64,000 nt of DNA from Octopus vulgaris (lineage: Eukaryota), in contig OX597815.1 in NCBI GenBank assembly GCA_951406725.2, positions 46,996,001 through 47,060,000 of the forward strand, given 5' to 3'. Numbering within the stretch: the stretch's first letter is position 1; each line of letters opens with the position of its first letter. Shown here piece after piece: positions 24,774 through 41,112 of the stretch. A program made the position numbers and the translations under genes. The notes under the pieces are model-generated. The model worked only from the letters and a program-made list of their open reading frames with translations, was not told the origin of the DNA and searched no databases.

Positions 24774-25327
24774 TGTTAAGCAGAGTGGAAAGACCGCACG
24801 TTTCAAGTTTCTTAGTCCTTTTGAGGAAATACTTAGGCCTCCTTAATTTTCTCATATTCTTAGATCTTGCAGCGAATCATTCTATCGATATGCAAAAATT
24901 GTAGAATTGGTGTTTCTAGAAGAGATCAAAACATTTATCAGAGTTCACAAAGTCTTTTATCGCTGTTAGTCAAGGCAGCCAAGTCCCATATTATCATAGT
25001 CAGATTGTTGTCATGTGAAATGTTTGGGACGTCTTCTTTATGTAATGGACATCATTTCCATCTTTGTCCTATTTGCGATTAAATACCGATTTTAAAAAAT
25101 GATTGGTCGGCTTAAAATATAGTAGTTAATCATTTCATTGAGCTAACTGCATAGACTGCAATCTGATATTGAACACTTGTTTCATTGTTTTCGTCAAATA
25201 TTCTTTTGTGCGTGAGACATTATTTTCAACATCAACATCAACCGCGAAAGGATGAAGGACAAAGTACCAATCAAGTAGTGATGGTTTTGACTAATCCCTC
25301 TCTGCTGAAAGTTACCGGCCTTGTGTA

Positions 25328-25389
<62 letters not shown>

Positions 25390-25393
25390 TATT

Positions 25394-25596
25394 AAGGTGG
25401 TGAGCAGACAGAATCGTTAAGCACGCTGAACGAAATGCTTAGAGGTATTACGCCCGTCGCTACATTCTGAGTTCAAATTCCGCCGAGGTCGACCTTACCT
25501 TTCAACCTTTAGGGGTCAATACCATAAGTATCAGCTGAACACTGGGGTCGATATAATCGACTCATCACCTTCCCACAAATTGCTGCCCTTGTGAAA
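25394..25596 (+). mobile_element. SINE family B between (ATT)n tracts
   Basis: AAGGTGGTGAGCAGACAGAATCG...GAGTTCAAATTCCGCCGAGGTCGAC. Confidence 0.85.
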
Positions 25597-25597
25597 A

Positions 25598-25660
<63 letters not shown>

Positions 25661-25842
25661 GAGTGAGAGAGCAGTGCATGCCATCAAAGTGACACTGGGG
25701 TAAAATATACGAAACCCAGTATACCCATCATGACTACCCGTCTGATAAGTGTACACCAGGCACATGCATCACAACCATATGTGCGCGACATGGTGATTTC
25801 ATATGAAGATAAACAGCACATGACCTTGCGGGTGGGGCCCAG

Positions 25843-27162
<1,320 letters not shown>

Positions 27163-27699
27163 TCTGCAAATTTTGGATAATTTTTCCCGTTTCAAAAGGT
27201 AAATGAATTCCTTCTTCTGTTTCAATAAAAATAAAAATAAAAGAATATTCTCAACGTGTGGAGTCTGTTTCTTTACCAAATTAAACAAAGAATGCTGATA
27301 ATTCTGGTGAATTTTGTTTTCCTCTTTAGAGATTTTGTAAACAATGACTTCCAGATTAACAAGAAGGAAATCACTGTCAGTAGACTCATGCGTCGAAATA
27401 AATAACTGTTCCCAACATGATACATGCGGAAAAAAATTGTTGCAGTAAATTAGAAATAAAAAAAACGTGACTTAATCCACCATAGCTGCATACACATACA
27501 AACTCTATCGTATCTAAATTCTATCTATAACAGGTAATTCGAGTTTTCCTTCAGTTTTCCAGTGCCATTACTAACATAGAAAAATTAAAGATGGGTGAGG
27601 TAGTATAGTAGAAGTCAGTATGGTAAAGTTGTGTTATCAAGGCAGTACTATACTATTTCAGTTCATTATTTGGGGAAGAAAGAAAAGAAATTCATACGT

Positions 27700-28130
27700 A
27701 GGCGTAGGAGTGGCTGTGTGGTAAGTAGCTTGCTTACGAATCACATCGTTCCGGGTTCAGTCCCAATGCGTGCCACCTTGGGCAGTGTCTTCTACTATAG
27801 CCTCGGGCTGACCAAAGCCTTGTGAGTGGATCTGGTAGACGGAAACTGAAAGAAGCCTGTCGTATATATATATATATATATATGTGTATATATATATATA
27901 TATATATGTTTGTGTGTGTGTGTGTGTGTATGTTGGTGTGTCATACACACCAACATCGTTTCACAACCGATGCTGGTATGTATACGTCCCCGTAACTTAG
28001 CAGTTCTGCAAAAGATACCGACAGAATAAGTACTAGGCTTACAAAGAATAAGTCCTGGGGTCGATTTGCTCGACTAAAGGCGGTGCTCCAGCATGGCCAC
28101 AATCAAATGACTGAAGCAAGTAAAAGAGTA
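27700..28130 (+). mobile_element. SINE family A, full length
   Basis: AGGCGTAGGAGTGGCTGTGTGGTAAG...GGGTTCAGTCCC...GACTGAAGCAAGTAAAAGAG. Confidence 0.93.
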
Positions 28131-28514
28131 TCTGTTTCGCTCGGAACACGGACATTCCTTGTAGGAATGAAATGACACTCTCAAATAGTGTTAGGTATCG
28201 TATCAATTAACGTTATTTCAATTGGTGGAGACAAAGATTAGGGTTGCACATTGTTCTCAGTAATGAGAAAGAAGCAAAAATGAGAAAGTCGCAGATGTGA
28301 TACATACCTACGCATAGGTTTGTGTCATAATAATTAGGACGGCAAAACAGGTAGGTCTAGGTTTATGATTATTGTATTGACGTCGGGTCGTGAATCGGTG
28401 TCACCTTTGTGACAGAGTATAGTCAGAAAGTTGTAAGGCTATGTGGTATGTCGGGTGGCGTCTAAATGTCACATGACGACCATTATTTTATTCCAGAACT
28501 ATTTTCTGTAGTCT

Positions 28515-28720
28515 AGATGCGCGTGGTTTAGTGGTTAAGGTGTTGGACTCATGATCATAAGATTGTGGTTTCGATACCTGGATCGAACGATGCGTGGTGT
28601 TCTAGAGCTCCAGTCCACTCAACGGGCAAAAGTGGGGTAATCCTGCGACGAACCGGCGTCCCATTCAGGTGGGGAATACATACGCCACGGAAAACGGCAC
28701 TGGGAGTCTATATGACAGAA
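28515..28720 (+). mobile_element. SINE family C
   Basis: A box TGGTTTAGTGG, B box GGTTTCGATAC, GCTCCAGTCCACTCAAC, CCTGCGACGAACCGGCGTCCC. Confidence 0.75.
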
Positions 28721-29084
28721 AAGAAACTCTTCATCCTTTATCCTCCTATTCTCGGTTGTGAGTAATGGAAGAGTGATACGACTGGTAGTACAAAACTGAA
28801 AGCCGAGTTACTACACGTATGAAAGCAAAATTTATTTAAGGGCCTTCTTTGTGAAAGAACAAAAAGAAAAAAAAGAGAATAATAAGTTCCAGACGTTGCT
28901 ATTGTTCTTGGGACACCATGCATCGAAACTACACTGTTGGTATTTTGTGAGAGGATAAACAAGACCCCCAGCGTCCATTTTTCCTGACTATGGCACGCAG
29001 CAACAGCGAGTACATACATACATACATACATTCACACACACACACACACATACACACACACACACACATATATATATTGATTGT

Positions 29085-29418
29085 TGAGATCCCCTTCGGT
29101 CATGACTGACCATGGGATTGCACCTAGAAAGTTACCCTCCCAGGCACAATCCGGGCAAGGTTGTTTATGGAAGACCACCAGTCGCCCATGCATACTAGCC
29201 TCCCCTCTCCACGCCACCAGTGTTATCCAAGGGAAAGGCAAAGGCCGTTACTGCTTGGCACCTGTGACGTCGCAACTCATTTTTACAGTTGAGTGAACTG
29301 GAGCAACGTGAAATAAAGTGTTTTGCTCAAGAACACAACACGCAGCCCGGTCCGGGATTCGAACTCACAACATCACGATCGTAAGCTCGACGCTTTAACC
29401 ACTGAGCTATGCGCCTTC
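29085..29418 (-). mobile_element. SINE family C head with a probably RTE-derived 3' body
   Basis: Minus-strand tRNA head AGGCGCATAGCTCAGTGGTTAAAGCGTCG...GAGTTCGAATCCCGG; the body resembles the 62040-62130 region. Confidence 0.8.
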
Positions 29419-29574
29419 ACTATATATATATATTCTATTCTACATTGAGAGAAGAAAGAGATGGACGCTTCAATTCTATGCTGCTGCCGCATTATGTCGT
29501 ACGTGAACGAGAGGATTTGCATCCCCAACCAAGAATTTTTGATGTAACACATGTCCTTGTGGAAGCTGTTGTGC

Positions 29575-29652
29575 GCGGCTGAAGAAGGCCACAGACATAC
29601 ATTATGCTTTGTTATAAATCTGTCTAATAAAGGCCCGAAACATATGTACCGC
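29575..29652 (+). ncRNA. Type I hammerhead ribozyme with extended stem II
   Basis: GCGG CTGAAGA A GGCC ...AGACA...TGTCT... GGCC C GAAA C ATAT GT A CCGC. Stem I GCGG/CCGC, palindromic stem III ACATATGT, predicted cleavage after GUA (29648). Confidence 0.8.
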
Positions 29653-29690
29653 TGAATCCTTCGCCTCATGTTTTTATTTTTATTTTATAT

Positions 29691-29733
<43 letters not shown>

Positions 29734-30009
29734 CACAGAGGGAGAGAGAGAGAGATGGAAGATGAGAGTGGAAGATGGCAGCAACAGCAACCAGCATCAT
29801 CGATTCCAGTTCCGCTGCAACAGAACCACCGAGTCAGACTGAAAAAGCCTAGTACTCCTTTATCAAGTGTGTGTCGACCATCTTTCCGTAAATTAGACTA
29901 ACGAGTCAAATATGTCTTACATGTATATCGGTATACGTATATGCGAATTTATATATATGTTTTCGCGTATATATGCGAGTAACAGTATTTTAGAACGTAC
30001 ATATATATA

Positions 30010-30575
30010 TTGGGTTGTCCGGAAAGTTAGTGCCGATTTATAGTAGCTTAACTTTCGATTTATTTTAGAACATGGTTGAGTCCATAAAATAGGATTTGAC
30101 TACACCTCCATTTAGAGCCCAGTTTAAGCTATCTTTTCGTGGAAGAAGATTTATGTTCCTATAACCTGTGTTAATTCTGTAACCCTTTAAAATGGAAGAT
30201 AAGAAAGTTCATTTTCGGCACTTGATGCTTTGGGAACCAGACAAAAATTGCTGCAGCTCGGCTGGAATGTGTTACCCCACCCTCCATATTCACCAGATAT
30301 TGCTCCTTCGGATTTCCACTTATTCAGGTCTCTACAGAATAGTCTTAATGGTAAACATTTCAATTCCTTGGATGACGTAAAAAGATACCTTGATGAATTC
30401 TTTGCCATGAAACCAACTCAATTCTGGGAAGAGGGTATTTTCAAGTTAAAGGAAAGATGGAGACGCATTGTGCAAGAAAATGGTTCATATTTGGTTGATC
30501 AAAAATCTAATGGCAAGTATTTATTGATCTTTTTCTTTCCTTTAAAAATCGGCACGAACTTTCCGGACAGCCCAA
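30010..30575 (+). mobile_element. Internally deleted mariner transposon with TA TSD
   Basis: 30-bp TIRs TTGGGTTGTCCGGAAAGTTAGTGCCGATTT / AAATCGGCACGAACTTTCCGGACAGCCCAA flanked by TA. Confidence 0.95.
30192..30510 (+). pseudogene. Mariner transposase remnant (N-terminus joined out of frame to C-terminus)
   Basis: MEDKKVHFRHLMLW, then a deletion at ~30235 into LGWNVLPHPPYSPDIAPSDFHLFRSLQ...WEEGIFKLKERWRRIVQENGSY (mariner YSPDLAPSD motif). Confidence 0.92.
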
Positions 30576-30662
30576 TATATTGATGTGTGTGTACATAGAT
30601 GCATACATGTTTATAGTCTTATGTTTGTGTGCATATGTAAGTACATGCACATGATTATGTAC

Positions 30663-30758
<96 letters not shown>

Positions 30759-31101
30759 GTCCCTGAGTCTGTATATCTATCAGAGAGAATATAAGTATAT
30801 ATGTATTACCGTTTCAGTGTGTCTGCAAAATTACAAGTCTGGCAGCCTCTTCAGATATGTTGATCTATGGATGCGTCAGAGAGCATGTCTGCACTATACG
30901 ATGCACATATGTGTCTTCATATGAATGTTTTGTACAGATGATTTGGGGGCTCATGTGGATTTGTAACCATTATCATAATTCTTTTCATCTTACTGGTCTA
31001 AACTTCCTGTTTGACATAATATATAAAGTAATGTATATGAATTGTACGCGTAGATGTTGTATACATACAAATACGCACGCATATATACACATGTCTGTCT
31101 G

Positions 31102-31177
<76 letters not shown>

Positions 31178-31204
31178 GCTAGCTAGCTAGCTAGCTAGCT
31201 AGCT

Positions 31205-31580
31205 ATTTTAGTCATTACACTGCGGTCATGCTGGAGCACTGCCTTGACGAATGAATCGGCCCCAGTACTTTTTTTAAAAGTCTGGTACTTACCTCATCGG
31301 TGTCTTTTTGCCGAATCGCTACGTTACGGGAACGTAAACAGACCAACAGGCATTGTGGGACACAAACAAACACGCACACACACACACATATATATACACA
31401 GAAACACACACACACATGTATATATAACGGGCTTCTTTCAGTTTTCTTCTGCCAAATTCACTCATAAGACTTTGGTCGGGCTGAGGCTATGGAAGACACT
31501 TGCCCAAGGTGCCACACAGTGGAACTGAACCAAGAAGCAAGTGGTTGGGAAGCAAGCTTTTTACCCTACAGCTACGCCTG
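31205..31580 (-). mobile_element. SINE family A
   Basis: Family A motifs in reverse. Confidence 0.85.
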
Positions 31581-31595
31581 CTTATGCAGATGCAC

Positions 31596-31640
<45 letters not shown>

Positions 31641-32162
31641 GTGTGTGTGTGTGTCTATGTGTGTTGGGGGTGAGGTGGTGTTACTAGGACAGTACTTGGC
31701 AATATGATTTGGTTCTACTCTCAGTATTTAGTAAATGTTCCAATCTTATTTTAAACCAACTCTAAATTAGTAACCTCAATTTAACAATTATATTCAAAGA
31801 TATATGCACAGACACACACACGCACAGACACACACATACACACAGATAGATAAAATGATATATTTTTACATGTACCCTACTAGCTACAAATATACTGGTG
31901 ATAACATCAGTCACGAGATTTTGATCCATGAAACTACACGCTACTGTGAGCATGAAACGAGATGTGCGTCACAGATGGATGAATTTAAAACTGACATCAT
32001 CCTGTATAGATATTGACTTTATCAGATTATATATATGATAGATTCAATATCTATTCACACATACACGCACGCATATATACCCACACGCAATCGTACATAC
32101 TGTGATACATAGATTTACACATCCATTCTCGCATACACGTGATTAAATGTACTGACGCTAAC

Positions 32163-32289
<127 letters not shown>

Positions 32290-32486
32290 GTATATGTATA
32301 TACACACACAAGCGCGGCCTTTCTCTGTCATTTTTCTGTGTCTGTCATTTTATTGCGATCTGTTTTTTCGTCTATCTCTTCCTATTTTCTTATACACAAA
32401 CACATATGCACACATCATATATACTCGTCACATACGGATGTATATTTAGATTTTTCAAAGCATACACTTCCTTCATATATACATAC

Positions 32487-32528
<42 letters not shown>

Positions 32529-33075
32529 ACCGAGAGAGAGAAGGGTACATTGATATGTATGTGTTGTGTATCTTTGTATGGGAATATATATATATAAATG
32601 TAGGCTTGTGTGTGCGCGCGCACGTGTTTATGCAAGCATACGCGCACACTAACGTATGAGTGCGTGACTTTAGTTTACCTTCGATTGAAGAAAAATATGG
32701 GCTCATCCTCAACCTGGTAAGGTCCTCCACTATAGGGGGTGAGGTCATTGTAAGTTTAGATTAGTTAGGTGTGATAAATACTTCTACAGCATCGTATAAA
32801 CTTCTCGTCAAAACCCCTAGTAAGATATGAAATAAAATATATCCCAGTGATATGGTAGCTGAAATAATATATCACATTTATTGCAAGCGGTCATTGCTGT
32901 ATGGTTATGGAATTTTTTATGATGAGGTTCCGCGTTCAAACCCAACTGCAATCATGCGAATGCTCTTTCGACCAAACAGCTTCGCGACGAAACTTTTGTG
33001 AGTAAAAAATTTGGTAAACGAAAAATTATCAGACGTCCAATCATTACAAACGCACACAATGCACACACACATACA

Positions 33076-33106
<31 letters not shown>

Positions 33107-33126
33107 TTATATATATATATATATAA

Positions 33127-33173
<47 letters not shown>

Positions 33174-33177
33174 TATA

Positions 33178-33209
<32 letters not shown>

Positions 33210-33233
33210 ATATCTCTCTCTCTCTCTCTCTCT

Positions 33234-33312
<79 letters not shown>

Positions 33313-33313
<1 letters not shown>

Positions 33314-33658
33314 CATATTATCGACCCCAGAGGGTTGAAAAGCTAGGTCGACCTCGGCAGAATTTGAATTCAGAACGTAAAGACAGCCGAAATGCCGCTA
33401 AGCATTTTGTCCGGCGTGATAACGATCGTGCCAGCTCACTGCCTTAACAACAACAATAATGATAATGACAATCCTTTCTACTGAACGCACAAGGCCTGAA
33501 ATTTGGTGGGAGGGAACTAGTCGATTACATCAACCTCAGTTTTTCACCGATACTTAATTTATCAACCACGAAAGGATGAAAGGCAAATTTGAACTCAGAA
33601 TGCAGAGACGCTAAGCATTTCGTCCAGCGCGCTAACGATTCTGCCAGCACGCTGCCTT

Positions 33659-33659
<1 letters not shown>
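33313..33659 (-). mobile_element. Two tandem SINE family B copies
   Basis: 33313-33446 and 33471-33659, separated by (AAC/AAT)n. Confidence 0.85.
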
Positions 33660-34200
<541 letters not shown>

Positions 34201-35309
34201 CAACAGCACCAAAAGAACATCCATTATGATAATGTCTTCAAGTTTCCGCTAAGACAGCGTTAAAACCGTTATTCTGAGAAGTTAGACTCTGACAATTTGC
34301 ATAATGATCAGACATTTAGAGTAGGTATAGTATTCGTTTACATCTTTCTCATTACCACAAAAATGATGGGGAGGATGATGACGATGAAAGCGGTGGTAAT
34401 GGTGGCGGCCGTGGTGGTGGAAATGATGTTGACGGTGTTTATCAACAGACTAGTCAACATAAATATTAGTAGCATTACGATCACTATACCCTTCTTCCTC
34501 CTCCACCTCCTCCTCCTCCTCCTCCTCCTCCTCCTCTTCCTCCTCCTGCTCTTCCTCTTCCTCTTCCTCTTCCTCTTCCTCTTCCTCCTCCTCCTCCTCC
34601 TCCTCCTCCACCACCACCACCACCACCTCCTCCACCTCCACCTGAGTGTATTGGTATGTAACTCTCTTAGTGTATGTGTGTATGCATATGCATGCATGTG
34701 TGTGTGTGTGTGTGTGTGTGTGTAATGCTATAATAAATACCACCAGTCCTGTGACACAGCTATACAGGGTATCCTGGCCGAAGAAATGTATTTCGGCAGT
34801 TTACACTCACAGAGGAACACACATATAACTCCACACATACAACCCCACGCACACACACATTCGTACAAGCATATACACACACGCACATACACCCACGTAC
34901 ACACACGCGCACAGACGCATGCACACACACCACACACAAAACATACACACATAACATATACACACACACGCACTCACAGACTGCCAGTCAAACACCTTTC
35001 TACTGACCATTCCTGTACGCACATGTGGAGAGACGCATAACAACACAAAGGACCACCACTCCTGTTACCATGCTGCTGAATTCTTCCATATAACGTCAAG
35101 AGACACAAAGTTGACTCACACAAACGCATATAAACAGCCAACACCACACAAACAAACACACGCGCACACACACACACGCAAACAGACCTGCGCGCACGCA
35201 GATATCTACAAATACATACAGATACCTCCTTCTCTTACACTCTCCTTTCTTAGAAAGAACTTCATCCATTCCCTTCCGGTTACTTCAAAATGTAACTACT
35301 TGTGGATCA

Positions 35310-35505
35310 TTGACGATTTTCTCCTCCGTCTTCCCTTTCTCTTGGAATTTTCTCCGCCTCCTGTTACTGACGATGAACTTTCGCTCGAAATGTAAAACCA
35401 TCTTTCTTTCCTTCATTGAGCGTCTGCTAATACTTTGCATGTACCACGTCCTCGCGCTGTTGTTTTTTCTTGTGTTCGATCTTCGTTTTTTTTTTGTGGG
35501 ATTTG
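35310..35505 (+). mobile_element. Short PLE/retrozyme-like repeat (family J) with degenerate hammerhead
   Basis: CTGACGATGAACTTTCGCTCGAAATGTAAAAC followed by TGAGCGTC...TAATACTTT...CCACGTCCTCGCG, homologous to 53570-53780. Confidence 0.65.
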
Positions 35506-35582
<77 letters not shown>

Positions 35583-35585
35583 ATA

Positions 35586-35831
35586 AATGCGCTCTTTTAA
35601 AGCCTAGCTAGGCTCATGGGCCCGGTTTCCCGGTTTCTATGGAGTATGTGGTCCCCAGTTGGACGGGACGCCAGTCCATCGCAGCGCTACTCATTTTTGC
35701 CAGCTGAGTGGACTGGAGAAACGTAAAATGAAGTGTTTTGCTCAAGAATACAACGTGTCACCCGGTCCAGGAATCGAAACCACAATCTTATGATCATGAT
35801 GCTGACACCCTAAACACTAAGCCACGCACCT

Positions 35832-35833
<2 letters not shown>
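35586..35833 (-). mobile_element. SINE family C, full length
   Basis: Reverse tRNA head, GTGGACTGGAG core, CTGCGATGGACTGGCGTCCCGTCC, GAAACCGGGAAACCGGGCCCATGAGCC. Confidence 0.85.
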
Positions 35834-35881
<48 letters not shown>

Positions 35882-36059
35882 ACGCACACGCTCAGAGAGA
35901 AGGAGAGTGAAAGAGAGACAAGGCAGGACTGTATGGGAACTGCATAAAGATACAAACATGTCTATAGGTCTGTAAATATGTATTTACTATTTAGTTTGTA
36001 TCTGAAACTGTACGTTATGCGTCTTATGCATACATGTTGTGTATTTGTTGTATATATAT

Positions 36060-36470
36060 AGTCATTGGACACATATGCTATCTTTTTTTCTTTTATGTGG
36101 TTCAGCCAGTGAACCACAGGGTACTGCCATGAAGGCTTGAGTCGAAGAAAGCGATCCCCGTATTTATTTGATTTTACAGTCAGTCATATTCTGTTTGTCA
36201 CCTTTGCTGAACCCCTAATATACGAGGACGTAAACAAACCACACCAGCTGTCATGCGGGTAGGGACAAAACACAGACACAAAGGTACATACAACACACAC
36301 ACGCGCGCGCCACACACACACATAATAGGCTTCACAGTTTTCACCTACCAAATTCACTCACAAGGTGTTGATCTCCCTAGAGTTATTGCTCAAGGTACAG
36401 TGCAGTGGGACTGAACTCGGAACCACATAGCTGTGAAACGAGCTTCTTAACCGCGCTGCCATATTTGCGT
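36060..36470 (-). mobile_element. Degenerate SINE family A
   Basis: GGACGTAAACAAACC, CTACCAAATTCACTCACAAGG, GCAGTGGGACTGAAC. Confidence 0.7.
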
Positions 36471-37139
36471 TCATTATGTGTACGTCATGACAATTTGTAA
36501 GATATCTTGTGCTGTGTTTGAGTGTATGCATGTGTGTATTGTGTGTGTGCATGACTATGTGAATCTGTGTGCATATGTATGTGTCTACATGCGTGATTCT
36601 GAGAAATATGTGTGCAGCTAATGCGAGTGGTTTTGCATATTTGCATGGTATTCGCTGCTATTAAATTAAATGCATGATGTATGTATGTCAATGCGTGGGC
36701 GTGCTAGGTTATGTGTGTGTGTGTGTGTGTTCGTGCACCATTAGGAAAATGTGGGGGACGTGCGTGTCGTGTTCGTGTCACTATGCTTCCGTTTGCAGGT
36801 CGAAACCTGTCTGGGTATATCATTAGTTTGTAACGACATGTATGACACACGGAAACAACGACGGCTACGAAGACAACAGCAACAGCAACAATATTCCAAG
36901 GAGAGGAAGAAGAAGAAGAAGAAGAAGAAGGAGGAGGAGGAAGGAGATCATAATATTTAATAATGGCATTCAATAATGATTCCTCTTTGGAATTTTTGGG
37001 AAGCACGTAGATGTAAATGGGGAACAGAAATGAGAATGGGAATTGAGTAGAAAGGACGGGAGAAGCTATGCCAAGTCTGGCATCAGATCTGCTGATTAAA
37101 GATAGAAATAAATGGAGAGGAAGTGAAACGAGATAGAAA

Positions 37140-38640
<1,501 letters not shown>

Positions 38641-39387
38641 TGCACATCAAAGAGACAATGAAAACAAAAAGAAAATAAAACTACATGGAAAACAGAAAGG
38701 AGTAGCAGCAATACCAACAACAGCAATAACGTGAGCAACAAGAAATAACCTAAGAGAAGGTAAAGAAAATATAATAATAGATAAATAAAATAACATAGAA
38801 TACCCCATCAAAACCAAGCAAAGCAAATCAGGGATAAAATCACACACATACTAGACAAAAAAAAAAAAAAAAAAAATCTAAAGCTAAAGAAAACTAAAAA
38901 TAAATAAAACACAAGCAGCTACGATAGAAAACCGTACCAAAAAGTTATTCACAGAATGAAAGCCTATCGTAAAATTTCTCTTACTGTATTGGATGTGATC
39001 TTGTTATTTTTCAATTTTTGTGGAGCTTTTGTATACGTTTTTCTTTAGCGTACGGCTTTGCAAAGATAGCCATCTCTTGGATGCAAAAAGCGATGCTGTC
39101 TCTGCTTCATGTTTATTTATCAATGTTTCATTAATAACCTTACCGTGAAGTAGATACAAAAGAGGATGTTATAACGGTTGGCGGTGTGCGTGGTTGTGTT
39201 GTGATTAGTGGGTATGTTTTTTCCTTGTGTGATTTCTTTGTACGTAGTGGGTGTAAAGTGAGTGTCCGTACGTAGAATCCGTAGTGGGTAATAGTATGAA
39301 AGGTTCCGTTAGGTATGTAAAGTAGTGGGTTAGCGGAATCGTTTGAGTATTGAATTTGATGCGGATCTTCACTTTTTGAGTTCGAAT

Positions 39388-39530
39388 CTCCTGTGGTAAG
39401 ACGCTTGCTTCCCAACCAGATGGTTTTGCATGCAGTCCCACTGCGTGGCACCTTGGGAAAGTATCTTCCACTATAGCCTCGAGCCTACTGAAGCCCTCAT
39501 AACTTTCTTATTTTTCGGAGAGAAGCACGT

Positions 39531-39601
<71 letters not shown>

Positions 39602-39810
39602 CTGACCCCTACCACCGCTAGAAAGCTAGAAAATCGATACTGGGGAGTTTACGTCCCTATAACCTGGCATTTTGTCAGAAGAGACCGATAGAATATGTAC
39701 TAGGCTTCAGAAATATAAGTCCTGGAGTCTATTTGTTCGACTAAAACCTTTCGAGGATGTTGCCCCAGCTTGACCGCTGTCAAATGAGTGAAAAAAGCAA
39801 AATGTAAAAG
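39388..39810 (+). mobile_element. SINE family A with replaced 5' end
   Basis: CTGTGGTAAGACGCTTGCTTCCCAACC...GAGACCGATAGAATATGTACTAGG. Confidence 0.8.
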
Positions 39811-40587
39811 GTTCCAGGGTTCATACAATAAATCATCTGTCAAAAACTAAAGTGAATTTACTCAACTGATTCAGCTGTCTTGCAGATTTCTTCCAGCAAA
39901 AGACTATGGTTGACGATGTTTCAGGGCCGAAGAGGGCATAAGCCCTAACTTCCACAATATTTCGATAATAACAATAACAGATAGAATTAAAGAATTTTGT
40001 ACATTAACTGCCGATACGTTTCACTTACTCAATCCTCTTTGTCTCTGTCTTTCACCCTTATGAAATAGATCTTTTATTTGTTTTTTGTTTTGCTATTGCC
40101 GAAACTGACCCCGTCTGGCTTGGCTGTTGATTGGTCAATGTTGCTAAACCGGTCATAATAACGACTAAATTGTCACCAAATGAAATATATTTTGAACTCT
40201 AAGAAGCATTTAACTGGTTTTATTCTTATTTTGATTAACCGGCTTAAATCATATCTAAGATGCTATGATGTTTTTTTGAAGAAAAATCATACACATTTAA
40301 TCGATTTGCATAATGTGGACACGCCCACGAAGTAATAAAAGTCCCAAATTTTAAACAGTCACACGAAAAAGGAACAAACGGAAAATTCAGAGACGGGACA
40401 TTGCTAATTCTTCGTCGTTTATCGTCCAAAAGGTCCCGTCCTTACAATATCACGCCTTTCATGATGTTGTGTACTTTTGGTAGCGTCAGCAGCAAGAAGC
40501 TGCAGGGAATAGCGAACTAACGTCGAGGAAGAACACTAACGTAAACACGACACAAATGTGAATATACAGACAAAATAAAATAAATAT

Positions 40588-41000
40588 AGGCGCAGGAGTG
40601 GCTGTGTGGTAAGTAGCTTGTCTACCAACCACATGGTTCCGGGCTCAGTCCCACTGCGTGGCACCTTGGGTAAGTGTCTTCTACTATAGCCCCGGGCCGA
40701 CCAAAGCCTTGTGAGTGGATTTGGTAGACGGAAACTGAAAGAAGCCCGTCGTATATATGTGTATATATATATATATGCGTATGTGTGTTTGTGTGTCTGT
40801 GTTTGTCCCCCTAGCATTGCTTGACACCCGATGCTGGTGTGTTTATGTCCCCGTTACTTAGCGGTTCGGCAAAAAGAGACCGATAGAATAAGTACTGGGC
40901 TTACAAAAGAATAAGTCCCGGGGTCGAGTTGCTCGATTAAAAGGCGGTGCTCCAGCATGGGCTCCAGTCAAATGACTGAAACAAGTAAAAGAGTAAAAAG
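40588..41000 (+). mobile_element. SINE family A, full length, young
   Basis: Reference-like copy: tRNA-like head, central (TA)/(TG) tract, GTAAAAGA tail. Confidence 0.95.
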
Positions 41001-41112
41001 TGTATACATTATACAAACAAAATAAGGTTCTAAGATGAGATTAATATATGGGTAACGCAAAGGGAAGGAAAATGTCCTATAGGATAGGAATATTCGTCTA
41101 TTCATTTACATA

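Noticed and set aside
34338-34743. Poly-Glu / poly-Arg ORFs
   Set aside because: (CTC)n/(CTCTTC)n simple repeat open in several frames.
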